From Laetmonice hystrix (Eukaryota): a stretch of DNA of 64,000 nt. A model generated the notes under the pieces. The model worked only from the letters and a program-made list of their open reading frames with translations, was not told the DNA's origin and ran no database searches. Both the position numbers and the translations under genes were made by a program. The stretch is from contig OZ249436.1 of the NCBI GenBank assembly GCA_965235115.1, positions 55,740,001 to 55,804,000 on the forward strand, written 5' to 3'. How positions within the stretch are numbered: the stretch's first letter is position 1; every line of letters begins with the position of its first letter. Of the stretch, positions 36,301 through 48,300 are shown piece after piece.

Positions 36301-39300
36301 CATTTTGCATCAACGTTTGAATGGGTAGTTCAAGTTGCCATATGGCGACGATGGCGTTTATAAAGAACACGTCTCCCTGTTGTCACCTAACTCCTGTTGT
36401 AGTTGCTGTGTCAAGCGTATTGACTCACAAATGATGACCTGTCAGGTATATTGTAAAGCTGACATGTGGGCAGCCATGCCGTCATCCAAGCTTACCTTGG
36501 CTGGCGACTTCCAGCCTCTACTGTCGGTCACTTCTTGTCCATTCCAAAGTGTCAGATCGATCCATGACTTGAACAGAATCCTTTATTACCTTATTAACCG
36601 CCTGATTTGGTTGTCCTATGCCGATTGATGACAAACAATCGAGCAGAATGGCTTTCACTGCCGTCGAAACTGGAATTGGCGTCCATTTGACATGTGCTGA
36701 GAAAGGTCATGACCTCTGCCTACAGTATCACAGCAACACATTTTATATCAACAGAGCAGATCGCCAGGGTTATCACGTTGTGCCACAAATATAGAGTTAC
36801 CTCCTGGGTTTCCAAAGTCTTGTAACTCCAAAATGATCTACGGCTGTATTTGTTTCAATTGTATTACATGTAACTGGGGAACAGGTAACAATTGTACTGT
36901 GTAGGCAACGACGACACATTGACCGGCCTCTACCCGAGCCTCCTCCAAGGGGTCGGATCAGGTCGGCACAGTGTGCAGGGGTCGCCTTGAGATATTGAAC
37001 CCATTCTACCATTTCATACCTCTGGAGCTTTATAATAAACCATGCTGTTTTCCCACGACTTGCCAATATAGAACCGTTTTCTAAGCCCGTCTTAACATTC
37101 ATTATGCAGTCCCAGGCCCCCAGCCAGGGTTGCTAGTAATATAGAACGTTGAGCTTTAGCGATAACGCGTGTGGGGGTTGACCTTTGTGACTGTTGTTAT
37201 CTGTGGTGAAGGTCCCTCGGACAGGGCCCGCTCAAAGACGCACGATTAAAGATTCAGGCCTGAGGTCAGCCAACCCGACACATTTATCTAATTTATCGGA
37301 GGGGCCCAGCGTTCACGGCTTGGCGATGTGCAGACCCAGGAGAGCATAACGCTGTCCACTTGAGGAATGAAAGCCTTGGCCGGCCTTACTGGGACAGCCA
37401 ACCCGTGGATCCAGCTCTCGTTCTCCTTTAACGCTCCTGTGTTTCCCTTGGCTGGCTGTGTCACTTTGAGGGGATTCCATGGCGCTAGACGTGTTGAAGA
37501 TTTGTAGATGTGGAACACTAATGTTACACATATTGATGATGACACCCAGAAACATTTGCACGCCTGGACTCGGCCCAGCGCTGCTCGGTGTAGGAGCAGC
37601 TGGGGCCACCATTTCTGACGATGCCCTTGTCGATGCCACCAGGGCATACGTCAAGGCTGGGGCCCCGTGCTGCGTACCACTTCTGGAAGCCGAAGCCTTA
37701 AGCGTAGTAACCTGGTTCCCAACTGGCAGAACACCTGACGTTTTTGCTGCTTCTGCCGCCATTGCCTTTGACAACATTCGACTGAAAGTTGCCGCCCATG
37801 GCATCCAGCTGGCCAAGGGCCCAGCTGGAAATACTTCAATCGTTATCGACTATCAAGCCGGGTGGATTTATGTTATTCAGCCATTAATCCAGAGGTGTCA
37901 GCAGATCCAGTTGCCGTTTGGCTTCAAGGCCAGCTGTATTCCCAGTGACGCTGTAGCCCTTGGCACGACTGTGCTCGGACTTGGCTCAGCAAGCCTTGCG
38001 GTAGATAACTTCCAGATTGATGGAATGATGGCGGGGCTTGCCATGCAGTTTAAGATGTCTGTAACTCCTCAGCTCTGTGTGCCCTACCAGATTCAATGCT
38101 GGGGTTATGAGGGAGCGGTCAATGTAGCAGCAACCGTCACATTCGTCAATGTCAGCGCCGGTGTGAGAAACCCAGCCGTTTTTGACGTACCCAGCTATTG
38201 TAAATGACCAGTGGGCACTTTGAACGGTTTCTTCAAAGCCAGGGCATCAAATGGCACAGTAATCTTGTTGCAGAAGACTGCCTTCTCTCACCTCACTGGT
38301 CATCAGTTCTGGAGCAGGCCAGAGCCAGGAACTGGACTTTCAGGATGATATAGTATGTAGGATTTAACCTCAGATACAGGCAGAAGGCATGCATGTGGCC
38401 AGTTTCCTCCCGACAATAAATCATTAACTGTTGAGAATGCTTTATCAAGGAGGTCTTGCTTTAGATCTAATTTAAATAATTATTGTCTTAGGACAAATGT
38501 CTCTTTACGATATATAGAAAGGGAGAGAAGGAAAGACGTTTTCCCGTTTGCCTATAACGACGTCTTTAATCACAGCGCAAATCTCATCTGGCCTGAACTA
38601 AGAAACCCGATACCAGTCCCTGGCCTAGGTTTCTATAGCGACCGTGTCATAAGTACGATCACATCAGTGGACACTGGTTCTGACCCTGACGTTTATAGAG
38701 TGAGTCAGAAAAAAGGACACCCGGAGTTAATCCTCAGTTTCTCAAAAATTAAAGAAGATGGCATAAATCTTATATCAACACGTGACAGCGGAATTATTTC
38801 ACTTTCATATGGTATTGGCCAACAATATTAGTTCTCATACATATTAAACAAAACAGTGTAAGGAAGTACGCCGAGGGATTTAAGTTAAATTAAGTTTATT
38901 CAAATGTCAATGATAATCACGCAACTCGCAATACAGCAACTCGAAACTTGGGTATGAGGGATTTTGACATGTTTTACGAAGATGGCTTATGTGCAGTCAT
39001 CTGTATAGCCAAATGTGGGTGACCAACCTACCATATGGAAGCAGAAGAATTATGCTATCATATGTTGATATCAGATTTATGCCATCTTTTTAAGTTTTAG
39101 TGAAAATAGGATTAAATCTGTGTTTCCTTTTTTCTGACATACACTGTATACGTAGCCGTAAAACATTGTAAAGTAGATGTTGGCCTCTCAACGGTCATGA
39201 TAACATCGTCCGTCATCGTTAGCTGACAAGGGGGCGTTATCACCTTGTTATCAGGAGATGGGGGCTAATCGAGCCCCTCAGTCCGGCCACAGAACAGACC

Positions 39301-42300
39301 GTTAGCCTATTACCTGCATATATAGCATACATAAAAAGTATAGCGTCCTTGGTTAGAGATATGGTATTGAATAATTGTATATGTATGAAATAAATACGGG
39401 CCGGCTCAGGATGTATTAGCTTACAGTCATCAGTAAGAAGAGCTACTGCGCACAGGGCTAAAAGACTTTTTATATGTGTGGTTGTTTATGGAAGTGCCTA
39501 ATTAATACAATGGGATCGCAGATTGGCGTATTGTTCTCTCTTCAGCTCATCCTTTTTTAACGAGACTTATAGCAATGGAAAGGTTTCTCCCGTCCTTCAT
39601 TGTGGCATATCGGAAGAAAAGACAGATTTTCAAGGGACAGATAAATATGTTGTTTCCACATAAATTTACTGTATGGTAGATTTTCCAGTGTAAAAGTCAA
39701 TGTGAGGGACAGAGAAATATATCAAATGAAGGTTATCTGATGGAAGCATGTTCTCCAACTCCTTGCAACTGAGGCGAAAATTGAAAAACTCATAGTCCTT
39801 AGGTAAACTGTGTGATAAGACTGTCAGGTAATAGGAGCGCCATGAACTGTGTGCCGAACTCCAACAATCTAAACACTTATGGCACTGACTCAGATCCTGT
39901 CCCTGTAGCTGTCAGCCGCCAGCTAACATTAGCTCACAGGTTACTGCAGGAATCAAAGAAGTAGCACAATACGAAGATGAAAGTGGAAAGTCGCTGAAAT
40001 ACTAAATGGGTCGGCCCTCAACAGGCCATTAACTGCATAAGAAGGGTACCTGATGTAGCCTGGAGACAATGGGAGTGTGGACGGAAATACCGTTTAACAA
40101 CCCTTTGTGATCGTGTTCTAATGTTGAAGGAAAGTTTTCAGTGTTGTAATATTTATTATGTTGTACCGTTAGCCTAAGCTTTGATGTGCATATATCTGAG
40201 AACCCTATTTATGTTGTTTGATTTATGTTACCGAAAGATACCTCGGAACTCGAGTGCTAAGCCTCGCTGGGCCAAGGAAATAAGGCCATAACCGGCCACG
40301 ATTTCCCCCCTTGCGGTTTGCTTGAGAATTTTTTGTTACAATTTGGAAGTGGACCACAGAGTCCCAAAATTGAAATGTCGCAATTTGCTACCAATACAGG
40401 AAGTCATGTCGCAATTGTCTAATGAAACATATGACGACATTCATTCTGACCCCAAGTTGACCGGGAGTATTTGCATGTAGCTGTAAACCTTAGGTATAGA
40501 TAGTCGTTCGTTGACAGGCTACAAGCTGCCTGACTGTTTGCTTGCATAATTTGCAGCTCTGATGCTGGTAATGTACGAAAAGATTGATAGTCGTGTGCAT
40601 ACAACCTTCACGAGATAAAGTGTACAGAGGAACAGCCGACTGAAGGCTGGGAATACGGATCGGTGCTAATAATCTGAGAGAGGCAGAGAAAATGTAATCT
40701 TCACTTTACCTACTCTTATCATTAATCAAAAGTAGCCGACGGCTGGTGAACGGTCCATTTCAGGATTGCAGGCATTAGTACAAGTTTGCAACCATTTGGA
40801 TTTTTTGGTCAACATCGCTTCTTTGGTCATTATTCAGCGTAGCCTGATCGCCACAACTTATGTGACTCGGTAAGCTATCCGTCTGGCCTGATTCTAATGT
40901 TGTAGTATAAAATCACCCAGAGTGGTACTACAAAAGTCGATAATCGGTAAGACGGCTGAAGATTAGAGGCCGGAGATTTTCCAAGAAAAGTGCCTCATAT
41001 CTCTCAGGATTGACTGTACCCTTTTTGGGGACAAGACGTGCGCATATTTAAAAGGCATTCCCCAAGTTTTATGTGGCCAACTTTTGAGTTTAACCTACCA
41101 AAATGTCCGAGACCATCGGCAAATGTTAAGTCTAAGCTTATTGCATTCATAATCGGAGCATTATGTGGGGTGTTTATTTAGGTATTAGTGGTAAATGAGA
41201 AAATCACATTTTTATAATCACAGGGCCTGGCGAACACTCACGTCTACTAATCCATTTCATGGAGAAAGCGTCCTCTGGGAGGCAGCGACGAAATGAATCG
41301 TGAAGCGGCCATGGCAAATATTAACTTTTCTTGTTTGTCTGTGTGGCCTAGCGGTAGATAGCGTGTGGAATGGTGATGAAGGAATATTGACGTCTACGAG
41401 CAGTCTGTTGTTTAAAACAGCCCGTGCTCATCGGTTTCAAAGCTCGGTACCCACTGTAAATGCCCCTGGATTTGTGGAGTCAGGCACTGGAACGATCCGC
41501 TTGACTCTGGTCGACTGTTTACCAAGTTATGTTAGCCAATGAGCGGATTGCTTCAGTTTTAAGATACGCCGAGTTGAATGCTTGCACGAATCGGCGAGCG
41601 TGGTTTTTGTGATTCTGTCAGCTGTCTCGTTCTCTGCTACACAGACATTCATTTCCGTCCGTGTGATCGTGAATTAAGTGCAAGAAGATTTAAAGAAAAC
41701 ATGGTGGGTAGGATTGGCCGTCTTGAAGAAAAAGTACCGCTTCAAGCAAGGCCTTGCTACATCAGTGCGTTTCTTTAATCTCAATCTGAGACAGACCGTC
41801 TCCTCAGTATCACAAGCCCGAGTCGTGCCACTGTGTGCGGTGATGCCCCAAGGCCAGAGTAACATCGTCACTCATACAGCATGACAACCCTAAAGGCCGG
41901 CATACACAGAACGACGGACTAAAGACTCCAACAAACTAGTTGTCTCGAGTCCGGAGGAGTCTTTAGTCCTAAACACTCGTCCGGACTCGTCCGGACTGAC
42001 GCGCATACACACAACGATTGGTTGTCTCCGTTGCGGACTCTCACGGACTTAAAACAGGGGCACATACGCACAGAGACTGCCACGGACAGGACAGGTTGTC
42101 CGCGACAGTCTGCTCAAGTTTTCTGAGTGTTTAGGACTAAAGACTCCTCCGGACTCACGACAACTAGTTCGTTGGAGTCTTTAGTCCGTGCTTGTCGTTC
42201 TGTGTATGCCGGACTTTACATTTTAAAGGTGAGCCTGTAGGAAATTGAAGCTGAGTAGTGTAAACCGAGAAAAAAAACACAACATATGACGTAGATCGGA

Positions 42301-45300
42301 TACGTGTGGTATATTGTTCTTTAATCGGAGAGGTGTAGTTTTAAGCAAAAAAAAAGAACGGAAAAAAGTGAGACTGAATGTGAAAGGGTGGCGCTCAAAA
42401 AGTGCTATGTATGATGTGAAGCCTGTGTTATGATGTCTTCACGTGCAGAACGATGCTTCAGGCAGTGGGTGCGTGTTTTTGTCTCCTGTAGTGGTTATTC
42501 AGCGATTAGGCTCATAAACTGCTCGCCCGAGTAAAGGAAGCTGAGATGATGAGGGTCTTTGACTCTGGCTCTTGTGAACATCAGGAAGCCTTTTCAGTAT
42601 CAATGCCTGATGTGAAAGCTTGATGGTGATGGTAATGGCCTGTTTGGGCCTCACGCTATCCGCCCTATTGGCTCGGTTTGTTACTAGCACCTGGAGTGGT
42701 GGGGATGGCATGATAGGTCAGTCAACAGTGGAAGTCAACATCTTCGCGAGTTTCAGGACGTAGGTGGTCCTGAAATATTACAACACACATGGATGCAGCA
42801 TGGATGGCGGGGGAGGGGGAGTTACAATCGCCAGGGAGGAAGACGGAGGTTTGGAGTTCATGTCCCACTGGGCATTCCCTGTGGTTACCAAGTTCACAAG
42901 ATTTACTAGTGCTGCATGTAGTTTGAAAATTGGCTCTAGCCCATACCCCCTTATGAATCTGCTTGGCGTGCAAGCGGGAAAAATAACAAGAAAATAATGA
43001 CAGAACAGGGTGCAAGTTTGCATAATCTCGGGACAATCTATATCTTCCATATTGCTAGGGATCATGGATTCAAAGGTCTGAAAACGTGTGTGAATAGATT
43101 TCTTGTGACCTGCTGGGTTGGCTGGTGATGAGACGTGCTGATTTGCTGGGCCTCAAGAGCAATGTGCGGCGGACAACGGCCTGCCAACTGACGCCACCAA
43201 CCTCAAGGTGGCAAATGAAGCTCATTTTACTTGCAGCCACGATGGACCCCGGTACAATTTTAACCAAGATAAATTATAAAGCATTGTGCTGTTCTAGCTC
43301 CTGATCGCTGGAGCTTTTTGGGGCATTCTGGCAGGTCACCATGCAGTAGTAGAGTGGTGGGGCTTTCCAACGGGGCGGGGCCTAATAAGGGCAAGATTTG
43401 GAAGTGTGGAGAACTGTATTTCTTTTGTTTGAGATACATTATTATAATATAAAAGTATGATACTCGGCACTCACATAGGACTCGCATTTGACCCCTCCCG
43501 GAGTCATAATGCTTGCCCCCAGTTTCCCTCCAGTAGGTTCCAGTAAAACCAGTAAAAAAAAGTAAAACTGAAGCATACATTGAGAGGTTTGCCCCCCAAC
43601 TGTTTGCTCGCCCTCCATTTGCCCACCCCAGTTTGTAAGGTGCCGCTACTGGGGGTGCAGGGTGGAGGGTGATCCTTAGCAAATTGCGAGTAGTATAGTA
43701 GGTTCTGCGTGTAGCGTACACACGCGACCAGGAGGTCGGACTTTGGTACAGCCGAGCAATTGGCCCGTAACTTCAGCAGCCGTTGTGGCCTTTTGCCAGA
43801 CCCAGGTAGTTGAGGTCCTATTTTGTTCAGAGACTATGAGCTCGCCAAGTACTATCTGTTTGATTAAAGAGTATGAAGGTAATTACGATGTTACTTTGAT
43901 ATGGCATTAAATTTGACTTGCCTACTGGTAGCATAAATTGCCCTATATCGGACTGGCGGTTATGGGATAACTAAAAGTGTCATGTTGTCACGCCAGTATT
44001 CTTAGGTTTTCAGAAGAAGCTTTGTTACTGGCCTTCGTAAGAAGTGCAAATTTAGTTATGTTTTAACCATGAGTGTATGAGTTAATCACCATTTTACTTT
44101 ACTTGTGAGTTAAGTCACTTTTGAAAATACGATATTCTGTATTTCACAGAGTGTTCTAGTCTCTCATTTACTCCTCTTAGACGGAATCCAGGATTCTCGG
44201 TAACCAATTCATTGCCCAAGTATAAAATCTTGTAATGCTGGGTCAAATCGTTTTTGTTTTCAATTTCTTAACGCTCTCATAATGGTACTTAGCAAACCAT
44301 TAAATCATTTCGGCATGGATGATTAAAGCATTCAAAACGTTCTCAAAGAATCAACCAATTCCCATCTGACTGAAAACTGATTGAGGCTGAGAGCTGAAAA
44401 CGAAAGTTATTTGAATCGGAAAAACTGTGGAACATGAGATATTTCTGTGTCTCAAGTGTTCACCTTCGCGCAAATAACACGTTTGGAAGTCTGCACGCGG
44501 AAGGCGCCAAGATGCCTAAGTTTCGTTCTCGGTAAAGATGAACACAAGCATAGCTCAGTTATGTCCCCAGTATCTTGGCACGGAATAGACGCAAACCTCC
44601 CAACCCAAATCTTTTCCAAGGTGACCTGACGCTAGGACACTGTGGTTAACTGAACGCACACTTAATGTTTCAGTTCACGTGTGTTTGTGACATTGGGCAT
44701 GCCTCACAATATTTTGAACCACCGGTTTCTATAAGAGCCAGGCTATTCATAAGTGGGTTGGCGGTGCTGGGTGGATTGACGTGTCGGTCTATGGTAAGCC
44801 AGTCACACCCACGGGATGGGCTCGGGATGGCGATAAATTCAGAAAATAGATTACCCCCACATTGACTTCTCCAATCAGTTCAACTGCTATGACTCCGTAA
44901 AACATGCTGTTCATGCAGGGAGACTAGAAACACGAGATACGCCAGCCGTCAGCGGCCATGCTGTTCATGCAGGGAGACTAGAAACACGAGATACGCCAGC
45001 CGTCAGCGGCCATGCTGTTCATGCAGGGAGACTAGAAACACGAGATACGCCAGCCGTCAGCGGCCATGCTGTTCCTGCAGGGAGACTAGAAACACGAGAT
45101 ACGCCAGCCGTCAGCGGCCATGCTGTTCATGCAGGGCGACTAGAAACACGAGATACGCCAGCCGTCAGCGGCCATGCTGTTCATGCAGGGAGACTAGAAA
45201 CACGAGATACGCCAGCCGTCAGCGGCCATGATGTTCATGCAGGGAGACTAGAAACACGAGATACGCCAGCCGTCAGCGGCCCAGTTTTACATGTAGAGGT

Positions 45301-48300
45301 TTGGTTTATTTCGCACATGTTTACAGATCTGTGACCCGCCAACACAGAAAACTGTGAAATCGCCACAAATTGCTTGAACACCCCACCCCACCCCACCCCC
45401 GCCGTTGTGTTGACCAGGGATAGGTGGCATGGACTATTGCACCGATTCCACTGTCTAGGGTTTAGACAAGATACCCCGTAAATTTTGCAGTAACACCTTC
45501 AGTAAGAAATAATAAATGGATTGTGTGAACGTTCCCCGATCAGTCCCAGGTATCATGGGTGTGCTAACACAGACTAGGAGACTCAAACACGGATTTTGGA
45601 ACCAAAAGAACCTAAGCGTCATGCCTTATTGTGTGTTTATCTCTGACTGTGATTCTGATTAAACCTGACCGGCTTCAATGTATTTGAGGAGCAATTTTAC
45701 AATACTCTAATAGGATTGTTTTAAGAACAATCTGTGTGAAACCAGCGACTTCAACTACAGGCCGACAATATTACCCGAGGGGCCTGCCGTGCGTCATATT
45801 AGAAAACTGAGTCGAGTAGGGCGGAGAAGTGAGGTTAATGTTTTATTGGGTCTGCAGGCCCAAAGGAACAATACCCTTACAGCCAAATGACCTTTCTGTT
45901 AGCGTTATAAATTTCGGCATTTCTCAAGCTCTGTGTAAATAAATGCGTCCGCGGCATTGCAAGATAGGAAAGCATACGGATAATTGTCCTTGCCGCTCGA
46001 GGTAGACGGTGAGAACAAAGTGCTGCCATGGGATTTATCACCATGTCTCTACATGAGTTATCTGTTTTTGAGGCCCCATGCATGCCGGTATGAAACACGA
46101 CCATGGCATTGTGAGATCAGATGTTGGACGGAAATATATACAATTGTGTTTTCCAACAATATTGTGTTGTTCTTACATAGCACTTATTACATACGTAATC
46201 ACTTCATCATTGCACAGTGGTCAGTAGAGCTTGTATCGTTTGCGCAGAGCGATCGCTAGTTGTGGGCCGACTTGCTGAGACACCTTGTTCCAGCCAGGGG
46301 TGCCCAGCGCCCCTCGAGCGTCCCTCAGCAGGGCTCGCAGTGTCCGCTGTAGCTGGTCGTCATTGACGTCAAGGACAGCGGCACTGATGCAGAACTGGAT
46401 CCATCCCTGTCGGCTGATCTCTTTGATGTTGGCAGAGATGATGGAGCAGAAGCTGCTGAAGATGGCGACCTTCTCGATGGCGCGCGGGAACGGCCTTTGA
46501 AGGAGCAGGCAGAGCCGCCCAAACACCTCCTCCTTCAGGATGATGTCGCGGAGCTGGTCAGGAGATTGGTTTGCCAGTGCCGTCAACGCCAGCGCCGCGT
46601 TGACGAGCACGCCGTCGTCAGAGTCATTTTTCAGCAGGATTTCCACCATTTTCCCCCTGAGGTCGTGCACCCTTGGCGGAACCGATGCGCTTCTCGTGAT
46701 GATATGAGAGAGACACCAGAGAGCATTGTTACGAATGGCGTTATTGGAGCTGTTGAGTTGTGTTGTCAGAATGTCAAGGGTGTCGTCCATTCTCTGTTCT
46801 GTCTCGGAAGGACAGTGCTGGCAGAGGTGACCCAGCAGAGCCAGGCAGCTCTGCTGGACTTCCTCTTTGAAGTTGCTGCACTTGAGTGTAGTGAGAAGGA
46901 GGTTGGTAAGGTCATGCTTTAGTGTCATGTCCTTGAGTTCGGTGCCCTGACCTTCAAACATGGCACTGAGAAGGTCAAGGTGAGCAACAACGCGCATTGT
47001 CACAACCTCCTGCGTCTTGTCGTCATGACAACTGGTCTGGGCGGCCATCTGTCGTATGTAAGGTATGACCTTGGTGAAAATTCTGTCATTGTAAGTTGCA
47101 AAGTTTGACTTGGAATACATGGCGACAACACATAGGGGTTGGCAGACTATGAACGTTTGGTCTTGCTCGCCCGCTCCAGAAGGCACTTTATCAAAATCCA
47201 GCGATTCCCAGTGCGACATTATGGGCTTTATCAAAGTCTCAACGTCCTTTTCCTCAAGGAGTACTCCCATCCGACCAAAGAGATGGCTGATGCATTCATA
47301 ATAGGTATACCGTGCACGCCCACTCAAAACGGGATCCGCCTTAGCGAGGCCGGCGAGGATTTTCTGGGAATGCGGCGTAATGTCCCGATTTGCATAGGCA
47401 AGCATGGCCGATAGACTCTGTATGGCCATTTCCTGCACCTCTCGATGGTTGTCCAACAAGAGCCCAAGTGTACATTTGAGCATCTTGGTGAACGGGTCCT
47501 TCACATTGCGTATCTCAGCATTGATGAAGTGCTGCATAGTGAAACAGGTGATTGAGCGGATCAGGGGCCGCGGATGAGAATAAAACTCGACAAATTTGGG
47601 AATAATCTGAGGATAGACGTCCTGTAAATCCTTGGGCGTTCCCACGGCTTCGGTGAAGGCGGCCAGGGCGAGAATTATGGCCTCCGTCTCCAGCCAGTTG
47701 GCACTGTTGAGCCATTTCTCAAGATACGGCTTAAACTTAATGGTGGCCTCTGTTTGAAAGATGCGGCACACATTTTCGAACCCAAGAGCGGCGTAGTTTC
47801 TCAGGTTTGTGTATCCTTCGAGGTCCTTTGGGAGCTCCGAGTCATCCGATCCGTGGAGTCGTTTCTCCAGGTAGTTGAGGTGTTCGTCGTGGTACACCAT
47901 ACACCTGAGGATGGCAGGGATGAGCTTACTGAGCCGGCTGAGGATGGCGGGCACCCAGCGGTCCATGAGGCCTGGGTTGACCGGCGGGATGGTCAGCCGG
48001 GCCCAGTAGTCGCACGCCGCCGTGGCGATGTTCTTGTCGTCGTGACCCGTACACTCGATCAAGTACTGCGCCAACGGTTTGAAATGTGGCATGAGTTTTT
48101 CGGCGTGCCTGGCCTGCAGCTCACAGATGAGAGTACACAGGCATTGGTGGAGCGACGTGTAGGTGTTACTACCGGGAGAGCCCTGCTTGACGTCCAGCAG
48201 GTTGGGGAGGTCAAGCTGGCGGCAGAGGTCACCCACGTACGGCTCCAGGTGTGGGTTGCCCAGACAGTACTGCTGGGCCAGGATGGAGAGTGCGTAACTG

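Noticed and set aside
36726..36746. miR-2-like seed TATCACAG
   Set aside because: Only the seed matches. No mature-sequence similarity or precursor hairpin was seen.
37288..37839. Minus-strand ORFs of 62-167 aa
   Set aside because: They are antisense shadows of the ependymin-related CDS.
43260..43721. 153-aa minus-strand ORF
   Set aside because: Non-ATG start, no homology apparent, and it partly overlaps repeat-like sequence.
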